A DNA stretch of 64,000 nucleotides from a bacterium. Lineage in GTDB: Bacteria; Hinthialibacterota; Hinthialibacteria; Hinthialibacterales; Hinthialibacteraceae. Position numbers and translations under genes: made by a program. Position 1 is the stretch's first letter. Each line of letters begins with the position of its first letter. The stretch lies in contig CAXXMV010000001.1 in the NCBI GenBank assembly GCA_963662285.2, positions 64,001 to 128,000 of the forward strand, given 5' to 3'. Below, piece after piece: positions 44,612 through 53,860 of the stretch. The notes beneath the pieces were generated by a model. That model had not been told where the DNA came from. It ran no database searches and was given only the letters and a program-made list of their open reading frames with translations.

Positions 44612-45515
44612 AAATATCTAGCCAAGCCCATTGTCCATTGGGGTTGATTTCAAAGAAATACCATTCCCCCAATTCTGTTACACCAAAGTCAAGTGCAGCA
44701 AATCGTAACTTGTAACTACGCAGAAGATTTCTTATAGCAATAGAAATCTTCATTGGTATATCGATTGGGAAATATTCCACATTATCCATATTATCGCGAC
44801 GAATGTCTAATTGTTCAATATTGTTTTTTAATCCCATGCCAACTAGAGTATTGTCAATTACTGTTACCCTGACATCAAATATCTTCTCTATTTGTGATTG
44901 GAAGAGAATAGGGCATGTGCTAATTTTTTCCAAGAGAATATGGTGTTCCTCTTTGAAAAGATTAGTATAGATAATTGTGTCGTTATCAAGATGATCTCTC
45001 TCAATGTAGCCACTAGCCAGAGGTTTCACGATTATGCCGTTTGGTTCTGAATGGATAAAATTTTTAGCTTCTTCAATGTTGTTTGTGACTATAGTTCGGG
45101 GAATCATCAAACCATATTTCTTAGCTCGACTTAATTGTTCGATCTTGTGGCTAGCACAAGAGTTTCGTGCAGGATGATTGATCCAATATTCTTCTTCAAT
45201 ATGCGCCAAAAATCCTTCAATTGATTCTGACCATTCCCCTGCAGTATGCATTTCTGCGTATTCATCTTCTATCTTTTCAATATTAATGGGCTTGGGTCTT
45301 CTTAAGATTACGGTTTTTATCTGTTCCGGTTGTATTGAATCAAAAGCCCATTTTAGGTTCAATGATTCAGGCTTGTAAGAAAATAACGATGTACAACAAT
45401 CAATATCTGTATTAAATCGGCAAAAAGGTAAATCATGCTCTTCTAGCCGCATGCAGAGATAATCTGATGTTGTATCTTCTGAATTTGTAAGTATAAAAAC
45501 CTTATTAGTGTTCAT
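44562..45515 (-). CDS. ATP-grasp ribosomal peptide maturase (MvdC/MvdD family, graspetide synthetase)
   Basis: FCRFNTD, WINHP, HKIEQLSRAKKYGLMIPRTIVTN, IVKPL, ILFQSQIEKIFDVRVTVI, DIRR, FAALDF and FFEINPNGQWAWL. Overlaps the precursor gene by 4 bp. Confidence 0.92.
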   Translation of the reverse strand: MNTNKVFILTNSEDTTSDYLCMRLEEHDLPFCRFNTDIDCCTSLFSYKPESLNLKWAFDSIQPEQIKTVILRRPKPINIEKIEDEYAEMHTAGEWSESIEGFLAHIEEEYWINHPARNSCASHKIEQLSRAKKYGLMIPRTIVTNNIEEAKNFIHSEPNGIIVKPLASGYIERDHLDNDTIIYTNLFKEEHHILLEKISTCPILFQSQIEKIFDVRVTVIDNTLVGMGLKNNIEQLDIRRDNMDNVEYFPIDIPMKISIAIRNLLRSYKLRFAALDFGVTELGEWYFFEINPNGQWAWLDIFGGANISDAFINTLKQ

Positions 45516-45826
45516 GATTTGTGGGTTTGGGGTATAGAGAAAAAATTCCGATTGCTTTCGTCTTGGTCGTTCTCCTCTCGCGCTTCTGTAAGTGTTTTTG
45601 TTTGTAAATCTGTTTTGAGTGGCAACGCATTATAACTAGCGTTTTCTCTATTTTGTTCAGGTTCTTCCCGAGCTTTCGTAATCGTTTTAGATGCATTATA
45701 CATAAGCCTATAATCCTGTTGCCCTTGTTGTTTCGTTAGTGTTTTATTCCCTTCAGTAGAATCTTGTTTATCAGGAACTACCTTCTCTTCAAAAATGGAC
45801 CAAAATCTACTTTCAATCATTTTCAT
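45512..45826 (-). CDS. Multi-core graspetide (omega-ester peptide) precursor
   Basis: 104 aa with a GAGAGG RBS. Leader SRFWSIFEE; repeats KTLTKQQGQQD, KTITKAREEPEQ and TKTLTEAREENDQDE (TxTxxxExxDxD). Directly coupled to the ATP-grasp gene. Confidence 0.85.
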   Translation of the reverse strand: MKMIESRFWSIFEEKVVPDKQDSTEGNKTLTKQQGQQDYRLMYNASKTITKAREEPEQNRENASYNALPLKTDLQTKTLTEAREENDQDESNRNFFSIPQTHKS

Positions 45827-46054
45827 TCCTCTCAGTTTTTTTAGATATGGTATCTTTCTAAAATTATTGTAGTTAGATTTTTAAACAATACTTCATTTGT
45901 ATAATTTATTATACACGACTTTATAATAATTATTATACAATGTCTAGTTTTCATAATATTTTCGTGTTAATAAAATATGTGGGAAAAATTACTTTTCAAA
46001 AGAATAGATATTAAATGAAGATTTATTTCAATCTAACGTTGAAACTGAAGGATT

Positions 46055-46089
46055 TGTTCAAAGCCCCAATATTTCGGAGGCTTTGAACA
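46055..46089. repeat. Palindrome (terminator/REP-like), same family as 51858
   Basis: TGTTCAAAGCC...GGCTTTGAACA. Confidence 0.6.
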
Positions 46090-46130
46090 TGAATTATTAA
46101 ATATGATATTTGGAGAAGCGCTCTAACAGT

Positions 46131-47339
46131 TTATTTTTCAAGAGCGCGTAATTTTTTAGTTGCCAGTTTCAAATCTATCGGGTGCACCTGATTTACGATC
46201 TCTTCACGCATGGCTTTTCCTGCTTCGGTTTGTTGGGGGTAGGATATAAAACCGAGTTGCAAATCGAGTTTCCTGGCCAGACGCCGCGTAATGGCCGGCC
46301 AAATCAAACCCAGGTCGCCGATAACCGGCAGACTGTTGGGCAGCCGGGCGAAGCCTGACATCTCCATGCGGAACGGGATTTTGAACATTTTGGTTTTGGG
46401 CTGCCCGTCAGCGATAGCTTTTTGAACGCTGCCGCCTTCCCTTTCGATCTGCCATGCTTTATCAAGAGCGGGATCTAAATCGATGCGGATGATGGTTTTG
46501 CCTTCGAGCGAATAGGTGGGGTGTCCCTGCCAGGCAGACCACATGCCATGTCCGGTATAACGTTCCAGTGGTCCGTCGTGAATCTCTTGAGTCAATGCCA
46601 CGCCGGATTCAATAATGATATCAGCTTCGCTAAGCAAATCAGCTAAACGGTTGGCTCGTTCGGTGATGCTGATGCTATCGCCGATGCATAGACCAACCAT
46701 CCCGCCGCCGATCAGTTGGGGAATGGTCACCATAACTGGAATGTTCTTTTTGGCGCCCATACCGATCATGGTTCGTTCGCTGGCGCCAAGCCCGGCGACC
46801 TCTTCAAAGCACATGCCGTGTGAACGAGCCAGCATGACGATTTCCATTGATACGCGTTCGAGCCATAGGCCAACCGGATAACCAAGATTACCCGCCGCCT
46901 TAATGATGGTTTTACCTTCGGCTTGCTTGAGCCGTTCCATCAATTCCCGGTCGATCGGCATATACTCTTCAATATCTTGGAGTACTTTCGGGCTGAGTTC
47001 AGTCAGTTCAAAGTCGCCGCCATAAGGTAATAGATGAGGCGATACGCCGACCGATTCGCCCTGACAGCGTTTGACCTTATCTAACGTCCCGCCCATTTCA
47101 TGAGCTATGACCGCAGAACTTGTGGTGACTCCATCAATAATGCCCAAACTCATTAGTTCGGCGATTAAGGTAGTGACGCCTTCATGGACGTTAGGGCCGC
47201 TGCCAGTGACCACTACTACCTTTTTGCCATTCTGTTTTGCGTTAACAATAAGATCAGCGGATTGATTAATCCGGTCTAAGGTTTTGGAATCTAATATTTC
47301 TTCCGATTTTTCAATAATCTGATTGTAATTCTTGTCCAT
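46131..47339 (-). CDS. Hypothetical enzyme with a deoxyhypusine-synthase-like (DHS-like NAD-binding) N-terminus
   Basis: VVVVTGSGPNVHEGVTTLIAELMSLGIIDGVTTSSAVIAHEM and IGMGAKKNIPVMV resemble DHS-like proteins. Lies 18 bp downstream of the kdsB-like gene. Confidence 0.55.
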   Translation of the reverse strand: MDKNYNQIIEKSEEILDSKTLDRINQSADLIVNAKQNGKKVVVVTGSGPNVHEGVTTLIAELMSLGIIDGVTTSSAVIAHEMGGTLDKVKRCQGESVGVSPHLLPYGGDFELTELSPKVLQDIEEYMPIDRELMERLKQAEGKTIIKAAGNLGYPVGLWLERVSMEIVMLARSHGMCFEEVAGLGASERTMIGMGAKKNIPVMVTIPQLIGGGMVGLCIGDSISITERANRLADLLSEADIIIESGVALTQEIHDGPLERYTGHGMWSAWQGHPTYSLEGKTIIRIDLDPALDKAWQIEREGGSVQKAIADGQPKTKMFKIPFRMEMSGFARLPNSLPVIGDLGLIWPAITRRLARKLDLQLGFISYPQQTEAGKAMREEIVNQVHPIDLKLATKKLRALEK

Positions 47340-47357
47340 GCTATATCGGCCTTCTTC

Positions 47358-48134
47358 TTACTTAAGATTACGTTCGAGCAACATTGCTTCCGCTCGTAGA
47401 GCATCCTCTTCAGTGTCAATATTGAATCCATGAAACTCAGTGTTTTGGCATTTAGACTCGATCACCCGTAACTTATAGCCGTTTTCAAGTACCCGTAATT
47501 GCTCTAATGACTCAATCTGCTCCAGAGGAGTAGGAGACAAACCAGCGAGTTTAATCAAAAAATCTTTGGTATAGACGTACATTCCAACGTGTTCAAATAC
47601 AGAATGGGCAAAATCTTTTTGAGGATAGGGAATCAAAGAACGGGAAAAATATAAAGCGTTGCCATGTAAATCTGTAACAACTTTTACAATCCCCGGATCA
47701 TGCATATCCGCTTCATTTTTGATGGGATGCATCAATGTACACATATTAATCGAATCATCATCAAGTAAGGGTTGTACGCCTTCATCAATCATGACGGGAT
47801 CAATAAAAGGCTGGTCACCCTGAATATTTACTACTATATCCATATCTATGGTTTGAACCGCCTCAGCTATGCGGTCCGTTCCGCTCACGTGATCAACTGA
47901 CGTCATAATGGCTTTACCACCGAAAGATTCAACTACAGACGATATGCGCTGATCGTCGGTGACAACATAAACCTCTTGCAGAGACGTACATTTTATCACT
48001 CGTTCATAAACTCTTTGAATCATGGGAACGCCTAGAATCGGCCTCAGCGCTTTTCCGGGCAACCGGGTTGATCCATATCGAGCAGGGATAAAACCTACAA
48101 CCTTTTTTTGATTCATAATCAATGTCCTTCTCAT
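47358..48134 (-). CDS. kdsB: 3-deoxy-manno-octulosonate cytidylyltransferase (KdsB-like)
   Basis: IPARYGSTRLPGKAL, HVSGTDRIAE, VNIQGDQP, ALYFSRSLIPY, ESLEQLRVLENG and IDTEED motifs. Confidence 0.88.
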   Translation of the reverse strand: MRRTLIMNQKKVVGFIPARYGSTRLPGKALRPILGVPMIQRVYERVIKCTSLQEVYVVTDDQRISSVVESFGGKAIMTSVDHVSGTDRIAEAVQTIDMDIVVNIQGDQPFIDPVMIDEGVQPLLDDDSINMCTLMHPIKNEADMHDPGIVKVVTDLHGNALYFSRSLIPYPQKDFAHSVFEHVGMYVYTKDFLIKLAGLSPTPLEQIESLEQLRVLENGYKLRVIESKCQNTEFHGFNIDTEEDALRAEAMLLERNLK

Positions 48135-48141
48135 GCAATTT

Positions 48142-48189
48142 AAAAAAAATATATAGTCGCCGCCAGAAAGCTTCTAACGACGACTATAT
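48142..48189 (-). terminator. Probable intrinsic terminator of 48284..49255
   Basis: ATATAGTCG...CGACTATAT hairpin with a U-tract on the minus strand. Confidence 0.6.
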
Positions 48190-48283
48190 TAATAATATTG
48201 TACATCGCTTACCAGGAGGTTGAATCATATGTTGCTACTCTCATTTTTGAAAGAGAAAGCCACATTATTATTTGTCAATATCG

Positions 48284-49255
48284 TTATTCAATAGACCAAT
48301 CCGCCACAGCGGTTGGCTCTTCGCCAATAGCCCACTGTACGCAGCGTTGTAAAACTGCTTTGCCGGCAGGCGTCATATAATCCAGAACCACTACCCATTT
48401 CATTGGTTGTTCGGCTCCGTTAATAGGACGAACTTGTCCTCCACCGAAGAATGGCATTACCCTTCGGGCAGGAGCTGTTGTTCCATCAGAAAGTGCATCG
48501 CCCGCTTCAACTACGGCAAGAGCTGCCTTGGAAGGATCAGAAGTCCATACAGCCAGAACCTGGGTTCCTGAACCGGCGTTTGCGACTAAATCAGAAATTC
48601 CCTGCCATGCATCGCCTGGATTTTCTGGAGGTCCATCCGGGCCATCACCAAAAATAATGATTTCTTCTGGCAATCCTTTTGTCAAAGGATGAGTTTTACC
48701 AGCTTCGGTGAGCGTGATTGATTGTGCGCCTTCGCCACCCATGTCACCGCTTTGGTCGCCGCTAAAGATAAAAGTTGATCCCAGTTTGTTATCTCTGGAA
48801 CCGAGATTAGCATGTTCTCCCTGGATAACAGGTACAGGTACTTCTTTCAAAGCCGGGCCAATAGTTGACCAGCAGGTTCCTGTATTCCATATTAATGCAT
48901 ATCCTTCATCCTGGAAGAAAGTTGGATAAGCCATGTAGACGCCGTCATCCACCCAATTAAAATAATCGGCGTCATCACCAAGTGGAAATGGAACAAATCC
49001 TTCATTCATCATATATTGCACAACATAATCCGGCATGAGAATCGGGAAATATCCCCATTCTTGAGCAATGTATCTTAGAGTTTCGTCATCCATTGAAAAA
49101 TGAGGCATTACAGCGAAGTCTCTGTCAATTGTGTTGCCATCGCTGCCCGGCGCCCATGATATGCGTCCTGAAAGCGCAATTTTCTTGGGTTGCGCATCTG
49201 CAATAATTACGCTAAACGCCAAAAACAGAATGATAAAAGGCACTAGTTTTCTCAT
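48284..49255 (-). CDS. Secreted hypothetical protein with C-terminal 'TAVADWSIE' tail
   Basis: Signal peptide MRKLVPFIILFLAFSVIIADA, a GATase/ThuA-like feel (THPLTKGLP; GKAVLQRCVQWAIG) and a GGGAG RBS. Confidence 0.75.
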   Translation of the reverse strand: MRKLVPFIILFLAFSVIIADAQPKKIALSGRISWAPGSDGNTIDRDFAVMPHFSMDDETLRYIAQEWGYFPILMPDYVVQYMMNEGFVPFPLGDDADYFNWVDDGVYMAYPTFFQDEGYALIWNTGTCWSTIGPALKEVPVPVIQGEHANLGSRDNKLGSTFIFSGDQSGDMGGEGAQSITLTEAGKTHPLTKGLPEEIIIFGDGPDGPPENPGDAWQGISDLVANAGSGTQVLAVWTSDPSKAALAVVEAGDALSDGTTAPARRVMPFFGGGQVRPINGAEQPMKWVVVLDYMTPAGKAVLQRCVQWAIGEEPTAVADWSIE

Positions 49256-49393
49256 GATAATATTCTCCCTTTTTTATTTACTAAGATGATGTTTCAAGAA
49301 TTATTGTTGCATTAACTTTGTCGTTCTATTTATCTACATCTGTAAGCAAAAAACTTTTCTTTACCTCCTTTCAAATATTTTTTTAAAAATTCA

Positions 49394-50158
49394 TTAGGGA
49401 ATGATTACTTTTTCATCAAATTGTTCTTCAGATTCTTCATGAAATGCGTCCGAAAGCGTATTTCTGATATGATTCACCATGATGGTGATTGATTTCCCCG
49501 AATCCCGTTGAGCCAAGGCTTCTACAAGTTTCATGTGATCGGTCATATCTTTGCTGGTGGGCAATGTTCGATGATGGCCATCCAATGAGGATTCATTGAA
49601 ATATTCCACCAGAATTGCATGGAATTGCTCGGTGAATTCACAACCGGCGGCATTAAAGATTATTTGGTGGAACTCAACTTCCAGTTGGGCGATTTTCTCT
49701 TCAATTTCTCTTGTAATTGGTTGAGTTGAACTAAATAATTCCTGCATCTCTTCAGCCAGCTGACGCATGCGTTCTATCTGTTCATCTGTTGCCAGTTCTA
49801 TAGCTAAGGGAATCGATCCGATTTCCAATACAAACCGCAAATGACACAGCCTGTTCCAGGATTCTTTATCCCCGGCTATGGGCGCCAGAATTTTTTCGAT
49901 TTTATTAATGGCGTCGCCGTTGGTGACGCATAATCCCAGACCCTGCCGACTTTCAACGATGCCTAATCCCCGCAATTGCCCGATTGCTTCTCTGATTACA
50001 GTTCGAGATACCTTAAACTGAGCAGCTAACATCGCCTCGGTACCCAGTACAGTACCTGGCGTTTTATGCTTTTCCCGAATCCATTTGCTTAGGCGATTGG
50101 CAATCTCCGTGCTAAGGGCATTGCGGGAATGAAGTAAATCTCGAAGTTTTGATGTCAT
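49394..50158 (-). CDS. GntR/FadR-family transcriptional regulator (FCD domain)
   Basis: HTH LGTEAMLAAQFKVSRTVIREAI..LGIVESRQGLG, plus LRFVLE and EFHQII. Confidence 0.93.
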   Translation of the reverse strand: MTSKLRDLLHSRNALSTEIANRLSKWIREKHKTPGTVLGTEAMLAAQFKVSRTVIREAIGQLRGLGIVESRQGLGLCVTNGDAINKIEKILAPIAGDKESWNRLCHLRFVLEIGSIPLAIELATDEQIERMRQLAEEMQELFSSTQPITREIEEKIAQLEVEFHQIIFNAAGCEFTEQFHAILVEYFNESSLDGHHRTLPTSKDMTDHMKLVEALAQRDSGKSITIMVNHIRNTLSDAFHEESEEQFDEKVIIP

Positions 50159-50593
50159 TATTACCGATCTTTCAATATTTCCGGCTCATTTAATTAAGAA
50201 TTGTCACCTATCACTATTATTATTAACTCGATTGTATGATAATCTCATAATATGATAATAACGAATGATTCTCAAGAGCAGTTTCATAAATTGGATAAAT
50301 TTATTTAAACTATTTTTATTATGATTAAAGCGGTTTTTTTTAAACATGAATATAAACAATATTTCAATGTCTCCAATTGAAAAAACATTGAGTTAATTCC
50401 ATGCTTCTAGAGTAGTTATCATAATAATGTTCTGATTGGCGATTCGAAAAACCAGAAAAGATTGGCTTTTTCGAAGACCAAAAGTAATAATAAACGAACA
50501 TATTTTTGATAATCGCTCTAATATTCATGATTTTAGGATTAACCGCAATAATCTGTATTAAAAGCATATATAAGATAATGGAGAAAAAGATCG

Positions 50594-51835
50594 ATGCGAA
50601 AAACTCATGTCTTACCAGATTTCATTTATTCAAAGGATTCATGTAAATTAGAGATGTACGGCAAAATAATGATAATTAACCTGTTTATTTGTATTGGGTT
50701 ATCTGCTTCAGCCGAACCGTTTCTTGCTGGAGAACTGATCTTCCCTACCCAGGAGAAGCATGTGCATTCCAGTTGCATTGTTGAGTGTCCCAATGGCGAC
50801 ATAATGGCCTGTTGGTTTTATGGAACAGGCGAAAGAAGATCATCAGACGTAGTAATTCAAGGCGCTCGATTAAAAAAAGGTTCCAAAAAATGGAGTCCTG
50901 TTTTTCAAATGGCGGATACTCCCGACATCCCGGACTGTAATCCGGTTCTTTTTGTTGATAAAAAGGATGAATTATGGCTGTTGTGGATCGCAGTTTTAGC
51001 CACTCGATGGGAAGACTCTATCCTCAAATACCGCAAATCCAATGATTACTACAGTAAGGGAGCGCCCAAGTGGTACTGGCAGGATGATATTATCTTGAAG
51101 CCGGGGGAACAATTCGCCAAAGATATGGAAAAAGGCTTTGAAGATATGAACTATCCCGAAATTGATTTCGGTAGTTATGCGCCGCATCCTTTGGAAGCGC
51201 TGGTGGAAGCGGCCAAAAACAGCAGTTACCGTCAACGAGGGTGGATGACCCGTACTCATCTGAATGTTCTTCCCGATGGCCGTATTCTTATTCCTCTCTA
51301 TTCTGATGGATTCTATGTCTGCCTGATGGCAATATCCGATAATGATGGCGAGACATGGAGAGCAAGTTCTCCAATAGTGGGAGTTGGATTAAATCAACCC
51401 AGCGTGGTTAGAAAGCAAGATGGTACGTTGGTGGCCTACATGCGTGATGAAGGTCCGGCGCCGAAGCGTATACAGGTCAGCGAATCTAAAGACAACGGTG
51501 AAACATGGTCTCTGGCGCGTGAAAGCGACATCCAAAATCCTGATGCCAGCATAGAAGCGATTGCGTTGCAAGATTCCCGCTGGGTTATGGCTTTTAATGA
51601 TCAAGAGGATGGCCGCGACCGACTGGCCCTGGCTATGTCGGATGATGAAGGCGAAACCTGGAAGTGGAAACGCCATATAGAAATGAAAAGCGGCTGCGCT
51701 TACCATTATCCATCAATCATACAAACCAGAGATGGATTAATTCATGTAAGCTATACCTATGATGTCGGCGGCAAAGCAGGCCGTTCTATCAAACATGTCG
51801 TCCTAAACGCTGATTGGATTCTGGAAGGCGACTGA
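50594..51835 (+). CDS. BNR/Asp-box sialidase-family protein
   Basis: HSSCIVECPNGD..WFYGTGE, Asp-boxes SDNDGETW, SKDNGETW and SDDEGETW, and YHYPSIIQ. Confidence 0.88.
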   Translation: MRKTHVLPDFIYSKDSCKLEMYGKIMIINLFICIGLSASAEPFLAGELIFPTQEKHVHSSCIVECPNGDIMACWFYGTGERRSSDVVIQGARLKKGSKKWSPVFQMADTPDIPDCNPVLFVDKKDELWLLWIAVLATRWEDSILKYRKSNDYYSKGAPKWYWQDDIILKPGEQFAKDMEKGFEDMNYPEIDFGSYAPHPLEALVEAAKNSSYRQRGWMTRTHLNVLPDGRILIPLYSDGFYVCLMAISDNDGETWRASSPIVGVGLNQPSVVRKQDGTLVAYMRDEGPAPKRIQVSESKDNGETWSLARESDIQNPDASIEAIALQDSRWVMAFNDQEDGRDRLALAMSDDEGETWKWKRHIEMKSGCAYHYPSIIQTRDGLIHVSYTYDVGGKAGRSIKHVVLNADWILEGD

Positions 51836-51857
51836 AGTGGTTACTGCAAATAATCAA

Positions 51858-51893
51858 TGTTCAAAGTCCCTGGAATAAAAGGGACTTTGAACA
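51858..51893. terminator. Palindrome between convergent genes
   Basis: TGTTCAAAGTCCC-tggaataaaa-GGGACTTTGAACA. Confidence 0.65.
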
Positions 51894-51914
51894 ATATCTC
51901 ATGATGTCAATATT

Positions 51915-52511
51915 CTATAATCCTACTAAAGCATCATCGCATGGATAAGACGATCTGGCGCCGAGTCTGATTAAATCACCCATACTGCTTAAACCATTGG
52001 AAACTTGATAGGTAACAGTGTTGCCCCATGTATTAGTGTAATCAGGACCAGCGCTGGTAACTTTATAGTCGCAGCAACGCGCCTGTGGAGGTAAAACAGT
52101 CAATTTACCAAAATTAATCCGGCTCCAGCCATCGGTATAGTCATAAGTTATATATGCGGCATCCTGCTCATCGTTCAGGCGTTGTCCGGGAGCGCCATAG
52201 AGAAACGGGTCTTGGGGAACGGTTGGCATATAAGAGACAGGAGTGGTTAAAGGAATAAGCCGTCGGTTAACCGGATTCTTTTGCACCCCGCTTGCATCAA
52301 GCCAAGGAGGGTAAATATTGTTATCGATTTTATAACTCTCAAGAGCAGTAGCGATAGTACGTAATTCGGATTCGGCTTTGGCAATCTTGGAACGAATCAT
52401 GGCATTGATGAAATTCGGTACCGCGATAGCAGCCAATATTCCAATGATTGCGACTACTATCAGCAATTCAATTAAGGTAAACGCTTGCTTCTTTTCAATA
52501 ATAGAAAACAT
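51915..52511 (-). CDS. Prepilin-type N-terminal cleavage/methylation protein (PulG/GspG-like)
   Basis: QAFTLIELLIVVAIIGILAAIAVPNF, LTTPV, DPF, SAGPD and SNGLSSMGD motifs. Confidence 0.9.
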   Translation of the reverse strand: MFSIIEKKQAFTLIELLIVVAIIGILAAIAVPNFINAMIRSKIAKAESELRTIATALESYKIDNNIYPPWLDASGVQKNPVNRRLIPLTTPVSYMPTVPQDPFLYGAPGQRLNDEQDAAYITYDYTDGWSRINFGKLTVLPPQARCCDYKVTSAGPDYTNTWGNTVTYQVSNGLSSMGDLIRLGARSSYPCDDALVGL

Positions 52512-52614
52512 CCGTAACCTCCTGGATAATGTGATTTTTTTATTATCTCACAATAAGATATACTTGGAAACAGGAAATTTTGTTATTGAGCCAACTAAAT
52601 TAATAGTTAAACCG

Positions 52615-53601
52615 TCAACCTTCCACAATCCGATGCTCGATTTTGGCAATATCATTAGTCCCTAATCCAAGTTTCGCCGCTTCGGCGATGTACTTGGCTG
52701 GACGCCCCACTTCAGCAAATGGCAGAAGTTCTTTGGATTCTCGGACGGCCTCTATGCGGGATGTACCGATAGTATCAAGCGCGACGCGGTCAGCGGCGAT
52801 ATAAAGAGAATCATAATTGAATAGGCCTGATGGATTATATCCTGGTCCTTTATCAAAACATCCCTGAAAAGCGTCGAGGATGGTCAAACGATATTTCTGC
52901 TGAACCAAAGGCGTTGCGTTGACCTCTGCAATTTGGGGGCAACAATTGTTTTCATGAAATTTATTGGAACTATTGGTAATGCCATGCGAAATATTTTTCA
53001 TTGAGATCGTTGATCCCGAATGACGGTGATCTTTCAAAATGGGTAGATTAATAAAAGCAGTAATTTGTTGAGCCAGAATTTTGGTAATATTGGCGGATAC
53101 AGAACCGAATTTGTATTCTTTTTCATCCCATCCGATGGAAGGATGGTCGGTTGGATACACGCGGACGCCGGTGTCGCCCATATTCTCATCCATGCCGATG
53201 GAACGAATGCATCTTTGCCGGTCATCCCACACGATGATGTTGTTTTCTTTAACGCCAAACTCCACTAATCGTTTGATGATTGCGAAAACCAATTCTTTCT
53301 TGGTAGATAAATTGGGGCCGCCCAGTCCATTAACTTTTAATCCTACTACATCGTCTTTCTTTATGAATTTGGCCCATTGATCTTTGGTGGATTTCTGGCC
53401 GGTGAATTCCATCATGGCTTTATCCAGCATTTGCTGGACGCCGATGGCATCAGGCCGATTATCTTGTCCTGTGATTCCCGGACGATGAACTTCGACAATC
53501 AGACTTTTGTCTTGAGCGGCGTATGAATTAAGCGCTAAAGCGCCAGCAGCGGCAGGGATGGTTTTGATGAATCCACGGCGGTTAATGGAAGGATGATTCA
53601 T
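52615..53601 (-). CDS. Tat-exported DUF362 domain protein
   Basis: Probable start MNHPSINRRGFIK (Tat). DVVGLKVN, INLPILKDH..TISMKN and DRVALDTIG motifs. Confidence 0.82.
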   Translation of the reverse strand: MNHPSINRRGFIKTIPAAAGALALNSYAAQDKSLIVEVHRPGITGQDNRPDAIGVQQMLDKAMMEFTGQKSTKDQWAKFIKKDDVVGLKVNGLGGPNLSTKKELVFAIIKRLVEFGVKENNIIVWDDRQRCIRSIGMDENMGDTGVRVYPTDHPSIGWDEKEYKFGSVSANITKILAQQITAFINLPILKDHRHSGSTISMKNISHGITNSSNKFHENNCCPQIAEVNATPLVQQKYRLTILDAFQGCFDKGPGYNPSGLFNYDSLYIAADRVALDTIGTSRIEAVRESKELLPFAEVGRPAKYIAEAAKLGLGTNDIAKIEHRIVEG

Positions 53602-53860
53602 ATCATTTATCCTTTGGGAGAAATAGTAATTGATTGAAAAGATTATATATTCCTTTATCAATCCAACAAGGATATTTTTGAGAAACACTCTAACTGCAAT
53701 ATATAACGCTATTTTTTCATCACAACAAATGTTAGACTTTGACTTATGACAAATGTGCTAATAAACCAATTCCTCAGGAAATTTCTCCTTATGGAATTCA
53801 TGTAAAAATAGTGTAAATTTGTGTGAAACATTGGCAATTAACCATAACAAGGAGTTGAAA

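Noticed and set aside
44562-45515. RimK or glutathione-synthetase housekeeping ligase
   Set aside because: The EINPNGQW motif, the DIRR motif and the coupled Thr/acidic repeat peptide point to a peptide maturase instead.
50225-50260. FadR-type operator (TTGTATGATAA / TATGATAAT) upstream of the GntR gene
   Set aside because: It is plausible by position but is an imperfect palindrome in very AT-rich DNA, so it cannot be supported without comparative data.
50364-50567. 67-aa minus-strand ORF in the GntR/sialidase intergenic region
   Set aside because: It is an AT-rich promoter region with no RBS or motif, so the ORF is probably spurious.
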